Positions 39,866 to 50,558 of a stretch of DNA of 64,000 nt are shown piece after piece. The notes beneath the pieces are model-generated. The model was not told the origin of the DNA and searched no databases. It saw only the letters and a list, made by a program, of their open reading frames with translations. This stretch comes from an uncultured Verrucomicrobiae bacterium (GTDB taxonomy: Bacteria; Verrucomicrobiota; Verrucomicrobiia; Limisphaerales; Palsa-1400): assembly GCA_963707025.1 (NCBI GenBank), contig CAVPOM010000012.1, forward strand, positions 160,001-224,000, in the 5' to 3' direction. A program made the translations under genes and the position numbers. The stretch's first letter is position 1; every line of letters begins with the position of its first letter.

Positions 39866-41680
39866 ATGAGCGCCAATCTGACGAATAACTTTCCCCACCG
39901 GACGTTGTTTCCCCGGCGGGGTGTTTGCGGCCGATATGCCCGCCGCCCTGTCACCCGTTGTGCCAGGGCGGCGGCGGCACATGTCGGCCTCCTTCTCTTC
40001 ACGGTTTTCTTTTGTTGCGTCGCGCCGGCCCGCGCTCAATTTGCCATCCCCGTCCGCATCGGCGCGGATGTGGTCAACCCTGGCGGCAACGTCGCCCGCG
40101 CTCTGATAACCGGAAATTCCTGGGAATTCGACGTGGCCATCCTGGCCAACGGCCAGGTGTCAAACATCTGGCCCTACACCTCGACAATCACTCTCTCCAT
40201 TTGCACCGGGCAGAATGCCACGGCCACGCCCCTTCTATCTGCCACTCTCACCAACGGCAATCCGCTTTGCACAAATTTTGCCGATGCAACTGTGTCGTCT
40301 ATAAATACGAATCTTTCTCAATCGGCCTGGTCGAACAATGGCGGCATCGGCCCGCTCGGTTATCCCACCAATTTGCACGCCCGCTTCGTCTTTCCCTCCG
40401 CGCAGACTGCCATCAGCTTGAGCGGCGGAATCAGCCGGCAATGTGTTTTGTTCATCACTCTGACTTCAACCAATGCGACCGCCCCTCAAATTCTCACCGC
40501 CTTTATCGGCACTGTCAGCCTGAGTGCCGGCTCGACGCTTGGGGGAGCCTCCGTCCCCATCCCCTACGCCGTAATCGTCAACGGCGCTGGCACTTTGCAA
40601 AGCCCGGCCAACTTCTTCACCGCCTCGCTGCCCTGGTATCCTTCGACCATCTTCATCTCGACTGCGGGCAGCGACACCAACGCCGGCACGAACCTGCTTT
40701 CGCCTTTCCTCACCCTGACCAACGCCCTCACAACCGCCTCCAACCTCGGCGGCAACGTGACGATCCAGCTGGGCGCCGGCTCTTTCCCTGTGCCGCCCAA
40801 CGCCGCCTATATCAACACCAACATCGCGCTCATCGGAGAGGGCGCGGGCGCGACCTTTATTGTGACGCCGACTACCGCGAATGGAGCGGGTCTCGTCGTG
40901 GCCGGGGATAATGTCTATTTGCGGGGATTCAGTTTTGGCACCAACACTCACTCAGGCACCGCCTACTTCCCGCTCGTGCCGCTGCGCGGCACCAATTTCT
41001 ATGCGCAGGACCTCATCGGGAGCGGGGATTCTGATGTGGTATATGTAACCGGATCGTTTAACTGGACCTCCGCTTTCACCGGCTCTTTTGTGAATTGTGT
41101 CTTTTATTCCGGGTATGATTGTGTGAATTGTGAAGCGGGCTACGAAACCTCTTCGGGCGCCAGCACCAACAGCATTCTTTCGTTCGCCGGATGCAGCTTC
41201 AACGTCGTTGCCGACCCAGGTTTTGGCGCTCGTATGTCGCGGGGCATTTACCACACGACCGGCAATCTCTTCGTGGCGGATTGCTCTTTTAATATCACCA
41301 ATAATGCCAATGTCTATACGACGGGCATTGAGGCTTCAACCGACAACAGCAGTGTTGCAAATATCGCCACCGCGACCGTGCGCAACTGCGCGTTTAACGT
41401 CACCAACACGGCCCACCCGGCCGAGGTTTCGGGCATTGTGTTGAACAGCGCGGCCGGCGCGCCCGCTGTCCTCAACGTGATCGGCCCCATCAATCCGGGC
41501 AGCATCAATAATTCCACCGGCACAGTCAACTACGATTCGGCGCAGTTTGCCTCCCTGGCTTTTGTGGGCGCTGGCGTCACCGCGCCCGTCGCCATCGCCG
41601 GAGTGGGCCAGCTTTGGGTTTCAAATAACTGCCTGATGTATGTAACCACGGCCCACACGAACCTTATCACCCTTCCATGA
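39866..41680 (+). CDS. Tail fibre/tailspike-like or secreted beta-helix protein
   Basis: T/N/G/S-rich; IFISTAGSDTNAG..PFLTL..A cap then pectin-lyase-like NC.F repeats; signal-like segment APARA/Q. Confidence 0.65.
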   Translation: MSANLTNNFPHRTLFPRRGVCGRYARRPVTRCARAAAAHVGLLLFTVFFCCVAPARAQFAIPVRIGADVVNPGGNVARALITGNSWEFDVAILANGQVSNIWPYTSTITLSICTGQNATATPLLSATLTNGNPLCTNFADATVSSINTNLSQSAWSNNGGIGPLGYPTNLHARFVFPSAQTAISLSGGISRQCVLFITLTSTNATAPQILTAFIGTVSLSAGSTLGGASVPIPYAVIVNGAGTLQSPANFFTASLPWYPSTIFISTAGSDTNAGTNLLSPFLTLTNALTTASNLGGNVTIQLGAGSFPVPPNAAYINTNIALIGEGAGATFIVTPTTANGAGLVVAGDNVYLRGFSFGTNTHSGTAYFPLVPLRGTNFYAQDLIGSGDSDVVYVTGSFNWTSAFTGSFVNCVFYSGYDCVNCEAGYETSSGASTNSILSFAGCSFNVVADPGFGARMSRGIYHTTGNLFVADCSFNITNNANVYTTGIEASTDNSSVANIATATVRNCAFNVTNTAHPAEVSGIVLNSAAGAPAVLNVIGPINPGSINNSTGTVNYDSAQFASLAFVGAGVTAPVAIAGVGQLWVSNNCLMYVTTAHTNLITLP

Positions 41681-42285
41681 GCGCCGCGCCCTCCATTTCA
41701 AAAACCCTTTCCAGCCCGGCCCGCCTGGCCGCTGGAATTGACGGCTCTGGCCTGACGAAAAAAACCAACGGGCGCGCCGTGGCGGACGTGCCCCGTTCCA
41801 TCCCGGCCTGCGCTGTCAGCATCGCAACGGCCCCGGTTCAAGCGCCTTCCACCGTGTTCATAAACATCCGGCGGCCTCTTATGTCCGTTTGGGGCGTGGC
41901 ACTCCTGCTGAATCAAAGCGAGGAATTTGTGGAGACGGCCGTTGAAGACGGGCGGTTGGCCTGGGCTTTCAACATTAGCGGCCCCGGCTCGCACACCCGC
42001 TGCGTCCGCGTGTTCACCCGCTGCGTTCTGGATTGTTGCGCCAGCGTCAAGAACTCCTACACCGCCCCTTTTGTCCTGAATGCGATTTTCCCGGAAGCGC
42101 GTGCAAAATTCCACACCCATGAAATCGCCTATGCTTGGCATTGTGGCGTGGATCAAATTCGCCTCCTGGCCGAAAAGGGCGTTCTGAAGAAGTTGCCCGG
42201 CGGACCTCGCAGAGGACCAAACTCGGTGGTCTATTTTTCCAGAGCCGTCCTGGCCGATTTCCTCACCAGCCGACGCATCACATGA
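41677..42285 (+). CDS. Excisionase/MerR-like double winged-HTH protein
   Basis: VWGVALLLNQSEEFV...EDGRLAWAFNI and THEIAYAWHC..QIRLL.EKG.L. Confidence 0.6.
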   Translation: MSAAPSISKTLSSPARLAAGIDGSGLTKKTNGRAVADVPRSIPACAVSIATAPVQAPSTVFINIRRPLMSVWGVALLLNQSEEFVETAVEDGRLAWAFNISGPGSHTRCVRVFTRCVLDCCASVKNSYTAPFVLNAIFPEARAKFHTHEIAYAWHCGVDQIRLLAEKGVLKKLPGGPRRGPNSVVYFSRAVLADFLTSRRIT

Positions 42286-42615
42286 GATTCGCCCAAACAA
42301 TTTTGATTGAAACTCCAGGCGGCCCGGCCCTGCGCCTGGCTTCGATTTTTCGATTTAGTAGGAGGACCCCGGCCGCGAAAGCGGTCCAACGGGGCGGACG
42401 TGGAATCATGGCCGCCCTGTCTTTCCTCGCGAGTGGTGGTGGGGGCGTCAAGCATACGAAACTATGCCCTTCTTCTCCCCAAACCAAAACGGCCGCGCCC
42501 CCTTCGTGGAAGCGGGGGGCGTCGGCCCATTTTTTCCACGGCAGAGCCTCCACACCAAACCCGGCGGACACACCCTGGACAAAAAAGAAGCGTCCGCCAC
42601 AGCCCAAGTATTGAC

Positions 42616-43320
42616 ATGAACAAGAAGCTTCCACATAAAACCGCAGCTCAGAAACCCTCCCCTCCGCCCGATCCCGCCGCCGCCATTCCGCCAGATGTTC
42701 AAGCTCTTCTCGAAAAAGCCCCCCGCCAGAGCCAAAAAACCTTTCGCCTTTGGCTTGCCGCCATCACTGCCCTGGACGCCGCCCCAAACTTACAGAAACG
42801 TGCCACAGCCCGCGTTTGGGCGCGCCGGCTTTCCGTCCGCCCTTCCACCGTCTATAACAAGCGATTCCAGTTTCGGAAAGACGGCCCCATTGCCCTGCTC
42901 GACAAACGCTTTTCAGGCGACCTCTGGAAAGGAAACCGCAGCGGCCTGCCCGGCCTGGCCATCGCCCATTTGAAGCAACTTTCCGACGCCGGGCAACTTC
43001 CCGCAAAGGATGCCATCCGCGCCCTCTTCGCCCAATTGGAACGCTGGCGTGCCGGCGACGCCTCCGCAAGAATTCCTGGCTACGGCCTGCCGCCGGCGGG
43101 CAATCCGCCGAAAGGTTGGACTTCGCGCAACCTGGCCCGGTTTCTTGCGCCCCGCGCCCGCCGCCCCGCGCCCGGCCACGCCGTGTTCAAAGTCGAACTC
43201 GCTCTTCGAAAACAGGGGGACGCCTTGGTCCTGTTCGCCCGCCAGACGTTGCCAAAATCCTCCGCCAAAGCCGCCCCTCTGGCCCGATCCGGCGGCAAAC
43301 TCAAGGTGGTTTTATGCTGA
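42616..43320 (+). CDS. HTH protein resembling an isolated transposase DNA-binding region
   Basis: WARRLSVRPSTVYNK..FRKDGPIALLDKR; IPGY..PKGWTSRNL; no catalytic domain. Confidence 0.6.
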   Translation: MNKKLPHKTAAQKPSPPPDPAAAIPPDVQALLEKAPRQSQKTFRLWLAAITALDAAPNLQKRATARVWARRLSVRPSTVYNKRFQFRKDGPIALLDKRFSGDLWKGNRSGLPGLAIAHLKQLSDAGQLPAKDAIRALFAQLERWRAGDASARIPGYGLPPAGNPPKGWTSRNLARFLAPRARRPAPGHAVFKVELALRKQGDALVLFARQTLPKSSAKAAPLARSGGKLKVVLC

Positions 43321-43543
43321 CAACCCCCTTCCATCAAAAGTGCCCGTCTGGCGCGCCAGGATGCCCGCAGAGCGTTTCGGGGGTATCACCCGCCAGCCCC
43401 CGGTTGCAAGCGCCCTGCAAGGCCCTTTCCGGCCCTGCTATCCCTAAATTCAAGCCTCTTGATCCAGGTTTTCCGCGATTCGCCTTTTTCCGCCATTTTG
43501 CACTCTGCATTCTGCATTCTGCATTTCCAGCGGAGGTTTCCCT

Positions 43544-46267
43544 ATGACCGCCGCGCCCGCCTTCACCGCCGGCCAGATTGCCGACGCGCTGAATTGCTCG
43601 CCCCAAGCCGTCCGCCAGCGCCTTGACGGCATTCCCGGCCAGACGCGGATCGTCCAAGGCGGCCCGGCACTGGCGTGGCCCGTTCAAGCCCTGCCCGGTC
43701 CCGTCCAAACCGAATTGGAAGCAAATGCCGATGCTCGCGGATATCGCAGCCCGCTTCAATTGCTGGCCCACACCGCCGCCGGTTGGCAACCAAAAATCCC
43801 CCTGGCCGAAGCCGCGCCGTCCGCCGTTGAAAAAGCCGTTAAGCTCAAGGCCGCGCTCGCGCCGGCGCTGGCCCGCCTGGACGATCCGGCGCCGGATCGC
43901 GCCGAATCGGAAGAGCTTGCCCTGGCCGAATACCTCAAACAATTCGGCCATGCCATCACCGGCCGCCACTGGCGCAGATTGTTTCACCGCACCCTTGAAC
44001 GCGACGGCGGCGCTCGCGCCTGGCATCGGCTCGAATTATTCCTGGATGACGACGCTGGCCGCCGTGTCCCCGCCAACCGCGCCAGCATCATCGCCCGCGA
44101 ACTTCACGCGCCCCTGGCCGATGCCCTGGACACCCTGGAAAACAAAGCCAAGCCAACCGCAGATGACCGCGCTTTTCTCTTTCACCAAAGCTTCACCCAT
44201 TTTGAGGCGCTGCTTGAAAAGAGCAAGGACCGCCCGGCGCGCCGCCTGCTCAAATCCAGCCTGATTGACTACGTTTTTTCCGCCGTGCCCGGCCTGGCCA
44301 AAAGCGAAAAATCTTTCCGCCAGGTCTTTTCAATGAAATTCCGCGCCTGGCAGGACGGCGGCCGGACCCTGGAATCCGTCCGCGACGCCCGCTCCATGAA
44401 GTCCGGCAATTTCCGCCGCCCCGACTTCACGGAGGATGAAAAGAAAATCCGCGACCTTGCCATTTTGCACGGCGGCAACATCGCCCTGGCTCACCGCAAG
44501 CTGCGCCAGAGCGGCGAACTGTCCCCGGCCTTTGTTGACTATCACCAGTTTGACCCCCGCCAGAATAAGTCCTACGTCCCCGCCACGGTCCGCGCCGCTA
44601 TCACCCCGGACGTGGATATGTGCGCGGCCATCCATCGCGGCCCCTGGCAGGCCAAAATGCGTGGCCCCTACATTCCCCGCGATTGGAGCAACGTCGCCCC
44701 GGCTGACTGGTTTTCGGCGGACGATATTACCTTCAACAGCTACTTCTATTTCTATGACGGCGCCGGCCAGCTCCACATTGAGCGCGGCGAGTGCCTTGTG
44801 ATGATTGACTTCCGCACAGGTTACATTCTCGACTACGTTCTGATTGCCGGCCGTTACAATGCCCGCCACATCCGAAAACTGATTCTCCGCGTCCATGACC
44901 GCCACGGCCTTCCCCGCATCGGCTTTTACTTTGAAAAGGGCGTCTGGAAAGCCCGGATGATTGAAGAGCTTGACAAGAAACATTCCCTCCACTGGCGCGA
45001 AACCGAATGCGGATTGCAAGAACCGGGCATCGGCCTGACCGTCCGCCACGCCACAACGCCCCGCGCCAAGACCATTGAGGGACTCATTCGCATCTGGCAG
45101 GAACGCCAGCGCGCCGAACCCGGCTTTGTCGGTTTCAACGAACGCAGTCAGGAAATGGAGCGGATGCAGGACAAGCTCGCCCGCGCCCGCCGGCACAAAC
45201 TTGACCCCGCCTCTTTCCTTTTGACGATGGAACAATGGGGCGAGCGCCTGGATGCCACTTTTGAGGAATTCAACGCGGACCCGCAGAACGGCAAAATGCT
45301 GGCCGGCGCTTCCCCATTTGAAGCCTGGCGCGCCGGCCTGGAATCCAAGCCCGTCCGCAAACTGCCGGACAACGCCCGCTATTTGCTTGCCTCGCACTGC
45401 AAGCGTCTCACCGTCCGCCAGAGCGGAATCACCTTGACTATCGGCGGCGAGCGAATGCTTTACGCCAATGAACACACTGGCGCTCTGATAGGCCGCGAAG
45501 TCCTGGCCTATTATCACGTTGACTACCCGGACTTGCTAACCGTGGCCGACTTGAACCGCCAAAATCCATTCACCGTGAAACGACTTCTTTTGCCCGCCAT
45601 GACCGCCACGAAAGGGCAACTTGGGGAAGCCCATGCCGCCATTGCCGGACACCGCCAGGCCGCGAAAGTCATTTACGGCGGAATCCGTCACCCCGTCATT
45701 TCCACGATCGCCCGCGACAACGAACAGGACGCCGATTCGGCCGCCCTTGGCGAATTCCAAAACCGCGAAATGGCCGCCTTTGAAACCGAGCAATCCGCCG
45801 ACACCCGCAAACTCCGCAAAATCCAGAGGACGGCCGCCGCCGCCGGCATTGCGACGCCCCGCAACATCCGCAACCCGGATCGCGTCCAAGAGGGATTGGA
45901 CCGCGAGCGGGAAATTATGGAACGCCTCGCGCGCAAACGGAAACCCTTCGCGCCGGCCCGGTCCACCGGCGGGCTTGTCGAGATTGACTGCCAGAAAACC
46001 TACGTGCTTGACGCCGCCGCCGCACCCGCCGCCAATCCGACGCCCGCCAAGTATTGGGCGCTCTGGAAACAGATTGAACAATTCCAGCCCGCTTCATTCC
46101 GGAACGCCCTCACACAAAAGGCCATCGGGCATCATCCCAAGCCGCAAGACATGACGCCAGCCGAGTTGCAGAAAATGATTGAAATTTTCACCTCCATCTT
46201 GCGCCAGTCCGCCAAAGGCCAGGCGACGGCGGACGCCCCAAAACCCTCCACAACCCAAACAGCATGA
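43544..46267 (+). CDS. Mu-like transposase (MuA/TnsB class)
   Basis: N-terminal HTH; WFSADD..MIDFRTGYIL, YFEKG, RAKTIEG core; beta-rich C-domain RLTVRQSGITL. Confidence 0.85.
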   Translation: MTAAPAFTAGQIADALNCSPQAVRQRLDGIPGQTRIVQGGPALAWPVQALPGPVQTELEANADARGYRSPLQLLAHTAAGWQPKIPLAEAAPSAVEKAVKLKAALAPALARLDDPAPDRAESEELALAEYLKQFGHAITGRHWRRLFHRTLERDGGARAWHRLELFLDDDAGRRVPANRASIIARELHAPLADALDTLENKAKPTADDRAFLFHQSFTHFEALLEKSKDRPARRLLKSSLIDYVFSAVPGLAKSEKSFRQVFSMKFRAWQDGGRTLESVRDARSMKSGNFRRPDFTEDEKKIRDLAILHGGNIALAHRKLRQSGELSPAFVDYHQFDPRQNKSYVPATVRAAITPDVDMCAAIHRGPWQAKMRGPYIPRDWSNVAPADWFSADDITFNSYFYFYDGAGQLHIERGECLVMIDFRTGYILDYVLIAGRYNARHIRKLILRVHDRHGLPRIGFYFEKGVWKARMIEELDKKHSLHWRETECGLQEPGIGLTVRHATTPRAKTIEGLIRIWQERQRAEPGFVGFNERSQEMERMQDKLARARRHKLDPASFLLTMEQWGERLDATFEEFNADPQNGKMLAGASPFEAWRAGLESKPVRKLPDNARYLLASHCKRLTVRQSGITLTIGGERMLYANEHTGALIGREVLAYYHVDYPDLLTVADLNRQNPFTVKRLLLPAMTATKGQLGEAHAAIAGHRQAAKVIYGGIRHPVISTIARDNEQDADSAALGEFQNREMAAFETEQSADTRKLRKIQRTAAAAGIATPRNIRNPDRVQEGLDREREIMERLARKRKPFAPARSTGGLVEIDCQKTYVLDAAAAPAANPTPAKYWALWKQIEQFQPASFRNALTQKAIGHHPKPQDMTPAELQKMIEIFTSILRQSAKGQATADAPKPSTTQTA

Positions 46268-47838
46268 GCGTATCCATTATCCGCCCCGAAACCGTCGCCG
46301 CCAAACTGGCCGCCGCCGCCAATCTCTCACAGCCCCTCTTGGCGGAGGAATTCGCCGAACAGCCGCGCCTTGTAGAATTGCTCTGGTTTCTGCAATGGGA
46401 ATCCATGCAACCCGGCGGCCTGGAAAAATTCACCCTGGCCCTTCTTGCGGAATTCCCCGGCCGCATCGGCCCGGCCGCGCTCCTGAGCGCCGGCGCTGGC
46501 AAGCTCACGCAAAAGGAATGCCTCGAAATCTGGCGTCAAATCCCGCCCGGTTATTGGCGCGACATCCTGCCTGACAATGCCTGGCACATGGAAAGTCTGC
46601 GCTCTAGTGAGGATTACGCTGAAAAGGCTTGGGTTGGCGAACGGGTCTTGCCGCAAGAAGAATCGCGCCTGGCCGCCGCGCTGGCGAAATTGAACCGTCA
46701 AGCCTTCGTGGAAGCGGCCACGGCCGCCGCCGAAACAAGCCTGGCCGCTTATCTCACGTCCCTCTGCAATGAGGTCAACAGGCCGCAAAGACACGCTGAC
46801 GGCGAAATGGGCGAGCCTTTAACGAATCCGCCTTGGTATTTTGCCGACATCCTGCCGACGCTCTTTGCCGCGATGGATTCTCACGCGCAGCGCGCCCGCC
46901 AAGGCATCGCTATGACTGAGGTTGCGTTGAAGGTGTTCGACGCCCTGGAATACGCCTGGTCAGAAAAGGCCCTGGTGAATGTCCAGGGCGATTCTCGCTT
47001 TGGAAAAACCGAAGCCGTCAAGACCTGGTGTGCGATGCACCCCGGCAAGGCCCGGCTTGTCACCGTCCCTTGCTCCAACGGCGCGGCGGAGTTATATCGC
47101 GCCTTTGCGGACGCGCTTGGCATCGAGCACTCCTACAAAACGGCCCCGCTCAAGCTCAAGGAACTTGTCGAATTCACCGTCAAGCACAGCGGTTTGATGT
47201 TCGTTGCGGACGAAGCTCACTTTTTGTTTCCGGCCGCCTCTTACAAAAACAGCCCGCCGATGCGATTGAACTGGCTCCGCACTCAAGTCGTGGACCGCAG
47301 CCTGGCCGTGGCGCTGGTGAGCACGCCGCAAGACTATAACCATGCCGCCGCCAAGTTTGTCAAAGCCAGCGGATTCAACCTGGCACAGTGGACCGGCCGC
47401 AAAGCACTGCAAGTCAACCTTCCCGCCGAACTGGACTTTGACGACTTGCTCGCGATTGCGAAATTGAAAGCCCCGGACCTGGACGGCGATTTTCAGGAAT
47501 TGATCGCGGCCAAAGCCCTGCAATCCGAAAACTACATCATGGCCGTTGACGCCATCGCCAAACGCGCCCGCTACGTCGCCAAGCGCGACGGCCACGCGGA
47601 AACCACGCTTGCCGATGTCACCCTGGCCATCGCGGAGGTTATCCCCGCCAGCGCCAGCGCCCCGGCCCCGGCCGGCGCTTTCGCCAGGCCCGCGCCGGCT
47701 GTTGCCCCTATCCGCCAGCCGCGCCGCGCCGCCGCCGCCAATCATCCCCGATCCATCCGCCCCGCCGCGCCCGATCCCGTGCCGGCGCTGCCAATTTCGC
47801 CGCAACGTCAAGCCATCCCGGCCTTAGTTGCCGCGTAA
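46264..47838 (+). CDS. AAA+ transposition ATPase (MuB/TnsC-like)
   Basis: Walker A GDSRFGKT, Walker B FVADEAH; ATGA-coupled to the transposase. Confidence 0.85.
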   Translation: MSVSIIRPETVAAKLAAAANLSQPLLAEEFAEQPRLVELLWFLQWESMQPGGLEKFTLALLAEFPGRIGPAALLSAGAGKLTQKECLEIWRQIPPGYWRDILPDNAWHMESLRSSEDYAEKAWVGERVLPQEESRLAAALAKLNRQAFVEAATAAAETSLAAYLTSLCNEVNRPQRHADGEMGEPLTNPPWYFADILPTLFAAMDSHAQRARQGIAMTEVALKVFDALEYAWSEKALVNVQGDSRFGKTEAVKTWCAMHPGKARLVTVPCSNGAAELYRAFADALGIEHSYKTAPLKLKELVEFTVKHSGLMFVADEAHFLFPAASYKNSPPMRLNWLRTQVVDRSLAVALVSTPQDYNHAAAKFVKASGFNLAQWTGRKALQVNLPAELDFDDLLAIAKLKAPDLDGDFQELIAAKALQSENYIMAVDAIAKRARYVAKRDGHAETTLADVTLAIAEVIPASASAPAPAGAFARPAPAVAPIRQPRRAAAANHPRSIRPAAPDPVPALPISPQRQAIPALVAA

Positions 47839-47850
47839 ACCAAGAAGCCT

Positions 47851-49294
47851 ATGAGTGAATCCGCTGGCAAATACACAATCAAAATCAAAACCGAGCTTGA
47901 GGGCAGCGGCGCGCAGCAAGCCGCCAAGGATGTAAAAGACATCGGCGCGCAAGCCGAAATCAGCCACAAGTCCCTCCGCGAAATTGAGCGTCTCTTGAGC
48001 AAGGGCGGACTTGGCCAGATTGGCGAGATTCTCCGTGCCGCCTTCAACCCGGTCCTGCTTGCCGGCGCCGGCATAGTGGGAATTCTTGAACAGTGGCACA
48101 AGCGGCAGGAAATGATCCATGAGCAAAATCTCAAGCTGATAACGGACGCCGAGGAATACGCGGATCGTCACCGCAAGCTTGCCGCCGCCATCCAAAACCA
48201 ACTTCTTGACTCTCTTAACGCGGCCAAAATCCATGTGGATCACCTGCATGATAGTTTTGACGCCGCCGCCGAAGCCGCCAAGTTGATGACGGATCACGCC
48301 AGCAACATGGCCGCCGCCGCAGAACGCCAGGCGGATGCCCAGGAACGGATCGCCCAGGCCGAAATCGCGCTTGCCGTGGCCAGCGGCCGGATCACCTCCG
48401 GCCAGGGACAGGAAATGCGCGATGCTGAGGAACTGGCCGCGCAGAAACGCAAAGACGCAGCCGAGAATGCCAGGATCGCCTCCGATCAGGCCCGCGCCCA
48501 GGCCGATGCTATGCGCGCCAAAGGCGGATCGTTGGAAACCAACGAAGCCGCCATTCAAACCACTAAGGACACCATCGCAGCCCTCAAAGGCTCTCACGCC
48601 TCCTCCGTCACCGCCGCCGCCGAAGCTCAAACGAAATTCGTTGAAGGCTTTTTTGGCGGGTATAAAAAGGACGTTGGCGGCATGATTGCGGCCGGAAAAT
48701 CCCCGGAGGAAATCCAAAAGTGGATTCAGCCCTTTGGCCAGGAAACGCAAAACCGATTCCAAGAGTGGCAGACAGCCTCCCGCGCCGCCCGCATGACCGA
48801 TCCGGCCCAACAAGAGCAGCATCTTCGTGACCTGGAACGCGAGCATAGCAAATTGGAAGCGCAGTTAGGCCGCTACGACAAGCTCGCCGATGCCCAGGAC
48901 GCCCTTGCCGAACAATATCTCCTGGCCGCCCAAAAACTGAAAGAGGATTTGCAGGATCGCGAGGGAACGCAGCCCGGCGATTATGCGGCGCGGGAGCAAG
49001 CCAACAAAAAGACCGCCGCCGCCCGTTTCATGGATGAATCGCGCAAGAACTACCCCAAAGCGGAATTCGGCCCGCCGGGCAACCAATCCCAACGCCACGC
49101 AAACGCAGCAAATCGAATACGAATTGAGTCAAGGGATCGGTGTGCTTGAGCTTCTGGGCAATAAAGTTCCCGTTGACCCCGCGCTAATCAGGCGGATCGT
49201 CGCCAATCTTAAAGCCTTAAACGATCACGTCACCTCCCATGCCGCCGCCCAAGAGAACCTGGAAAGCAGCTTGGCCGCCAGTCTCGGCCACTAA
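47851..49294 (+). CDS. Ala/Gln-rich coiled-coil protein, tape-measure-like; apparent +1 frameshift at ~49069
   Basis: YTIKIKTELEGSGAQQA start; removing one G gives 480 aa ending TAA overlapping the next ATG. Confidence 0.6.
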
Positions 49295-49443
49295 TGAACG
49301 CGCATTTACAATTCACCCCGCCACTCGCCCCTCCAACGGAACGCCGCCGGACTGCTATTGCTGTCAACATAGAGATTGCCGGCCTGTTGATGATCCCGCC
49401 CGCTTGCGAGATATTCATGGCCATTGTGCGGGCGGAATTGGAC
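49294..49443 (+). pseudogene. 5' half of a gene split by the integrative element
   Basis: ..MAIVRA-ELD; ELD codons lie in the 11-bp att core. Confidence 0.75.
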
Positions 49444-49526
49444 TTAATCCACCGCAATTACGAAACAAATATACCTGTTTTCCCTCGGTAATCAAGTAAA
49501 ATCTCATTAACTCGGCCATACTGTTT

Positions 49527-49751
49527 TTAACTCTTTTGGTGTCCGTTTTGGTGTCCGTAATTCCGTCTCGGTGTGGTGAATAACAGCGCCGTCTGCGCGG
49601 ATTCGGCGGCACGGCGGGCGCGGTCGGCCTCGGCCTGTTCCCGGCTGATTCGGTCGCCGTCCAGGGTCGTTACGGTGAACAGGTTAAAAGTCTGTGGCGT
49701 GAACGAAAATTCGTGCTGCGGCACGGGCAAGCGGCGTTTGCTGTGTTTCAT
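49527..49751 (-). CDS. Small hypothetical protein of the integrative element
   Basis: MKHSKRRLPVPQHEF..DGDRI; GGAG upstream. Confidence 0.65.
   Translation of the reverse strand: MKHSKRRLPVPQHEFSFTPQTFNLFTVTTLDGDRISREQAEADRARRAAESAQTALLFTTPRRNYGHQNGHQKS
49538..49558. promoter_or_regulatory. Putative integrase arm-type sites, left end
   Basis: GGTGTCCGTTTTGGTGTCCGT; same pair at 60892-60912. Confidence 0.7.
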
Positions 49752-49770
49752 GGTGGGTGCTCCTTTGCGA

Positions 49771-50154
49771 CTAATCCGCCGGGTAAAAGGTGGGATATTT
49801 CTCGCGAGGGTCAATCCAAGTGCCGGTGCGAAACTGGCCGCACGGATGCTGCCAAACCTGCCGCCTCCGGTTCCAATGAAAGCCAAGCTGCGACAACTGC
49901 GCCGTCACGTTGCGCGGCTGCTTCTGGTGAAACTCAACCCAAACCCACTTGCCGACAACCTGGCACAATTCCCAAAAGCGCGGGGTTTCGTGGTAGAGCA
50001 AGTCAATGACTTGTGCCGTGGAAAGTCCCCGGTTCTGGAAACGGAGTCGGAAATCAATCTGATGCAGTGGTGCTGAATCCGCAGATTTTGAAACCGACGA
50101 TGGCCGAACATTCGCCGGTGCTGACGCTTCAATTTTTGAATATGTTGTTTTCAT
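49771..50154 (-). CDS. Hypothetical protein
   Basis: VVGKWVWVEF..LSQLGFHWNRRRQVWQHPCG; 19 nt from next gene. Confidence 0.72.
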   Translation of the reverse strand: MKTTYSKIEASAPANVRPSSVSKSADSAPLHQIDFRLRFQNRGLSTAQVIDLLYHETPRFWELCQVVGKWVWVEFHQKQPRNVTAQLSQLGFHWNRRRQVWQHPCGQFRTGTWIDPREKYPTFYPAD

Positions 50155-50176
50155 AGCTTTTTTTTTGAACCGCTGT

Positions 50177-50375
50177 CCGTCACCCTGCCGTTTGCTGCTC
50201 GCTTCACCTGAATGGGAGACAGCGAAGCCGTGCGCGAAGTGCATTGAAAACCCAGCGAAAGCAAAAGCCGTGACAGAGGCGAAAGGGCAAAAGGGAGACG
50301 CTGGCACGGTTTTTGAACTCGCTCCTGGACCCGGCTCGGTGTCGGACAAGCGAGCAGCAAACGGTGGGGTGACGG
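50177..50375. other. Long-range inverted repeat, 26/28-bp stem
   Basis: CCGTCACCCTGCCGTTTGCTGCTCGCTT (50177-50204) vs AAGCGAGCAGCAAACGGTGGGGTGACGG (50348-50375). Confidence 0.85.
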
Positions 50376-50558
50376 CGTGCGTAAAAAAGGCGCAGAAAAC
50401 AACCTGATAACGGGAAATATGAACGGGCATGCGGGGGTCGCGATGGTCTGACTTCTGATGGCCGGGAGAGACGGGGGCCGTCGCCTGGTGGCTGGCGGGC
50501 AGGCGTAAGGCCAGCGGCTTGCCCGGACGGCAGAGGTCAGACTGAAATTGGGGGTGCT

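Noticed and set aside
43497..43527. (T)GCATTC heptamer run before the transposase
   Set aside because: Short low-complexity repeat with no evidence of function
43544..47838. Tn7-like or CRISPR-associated transposon
   Set aside because: No recognisable tniQ/tnsD, tnsA or cas gene; context is phage-like
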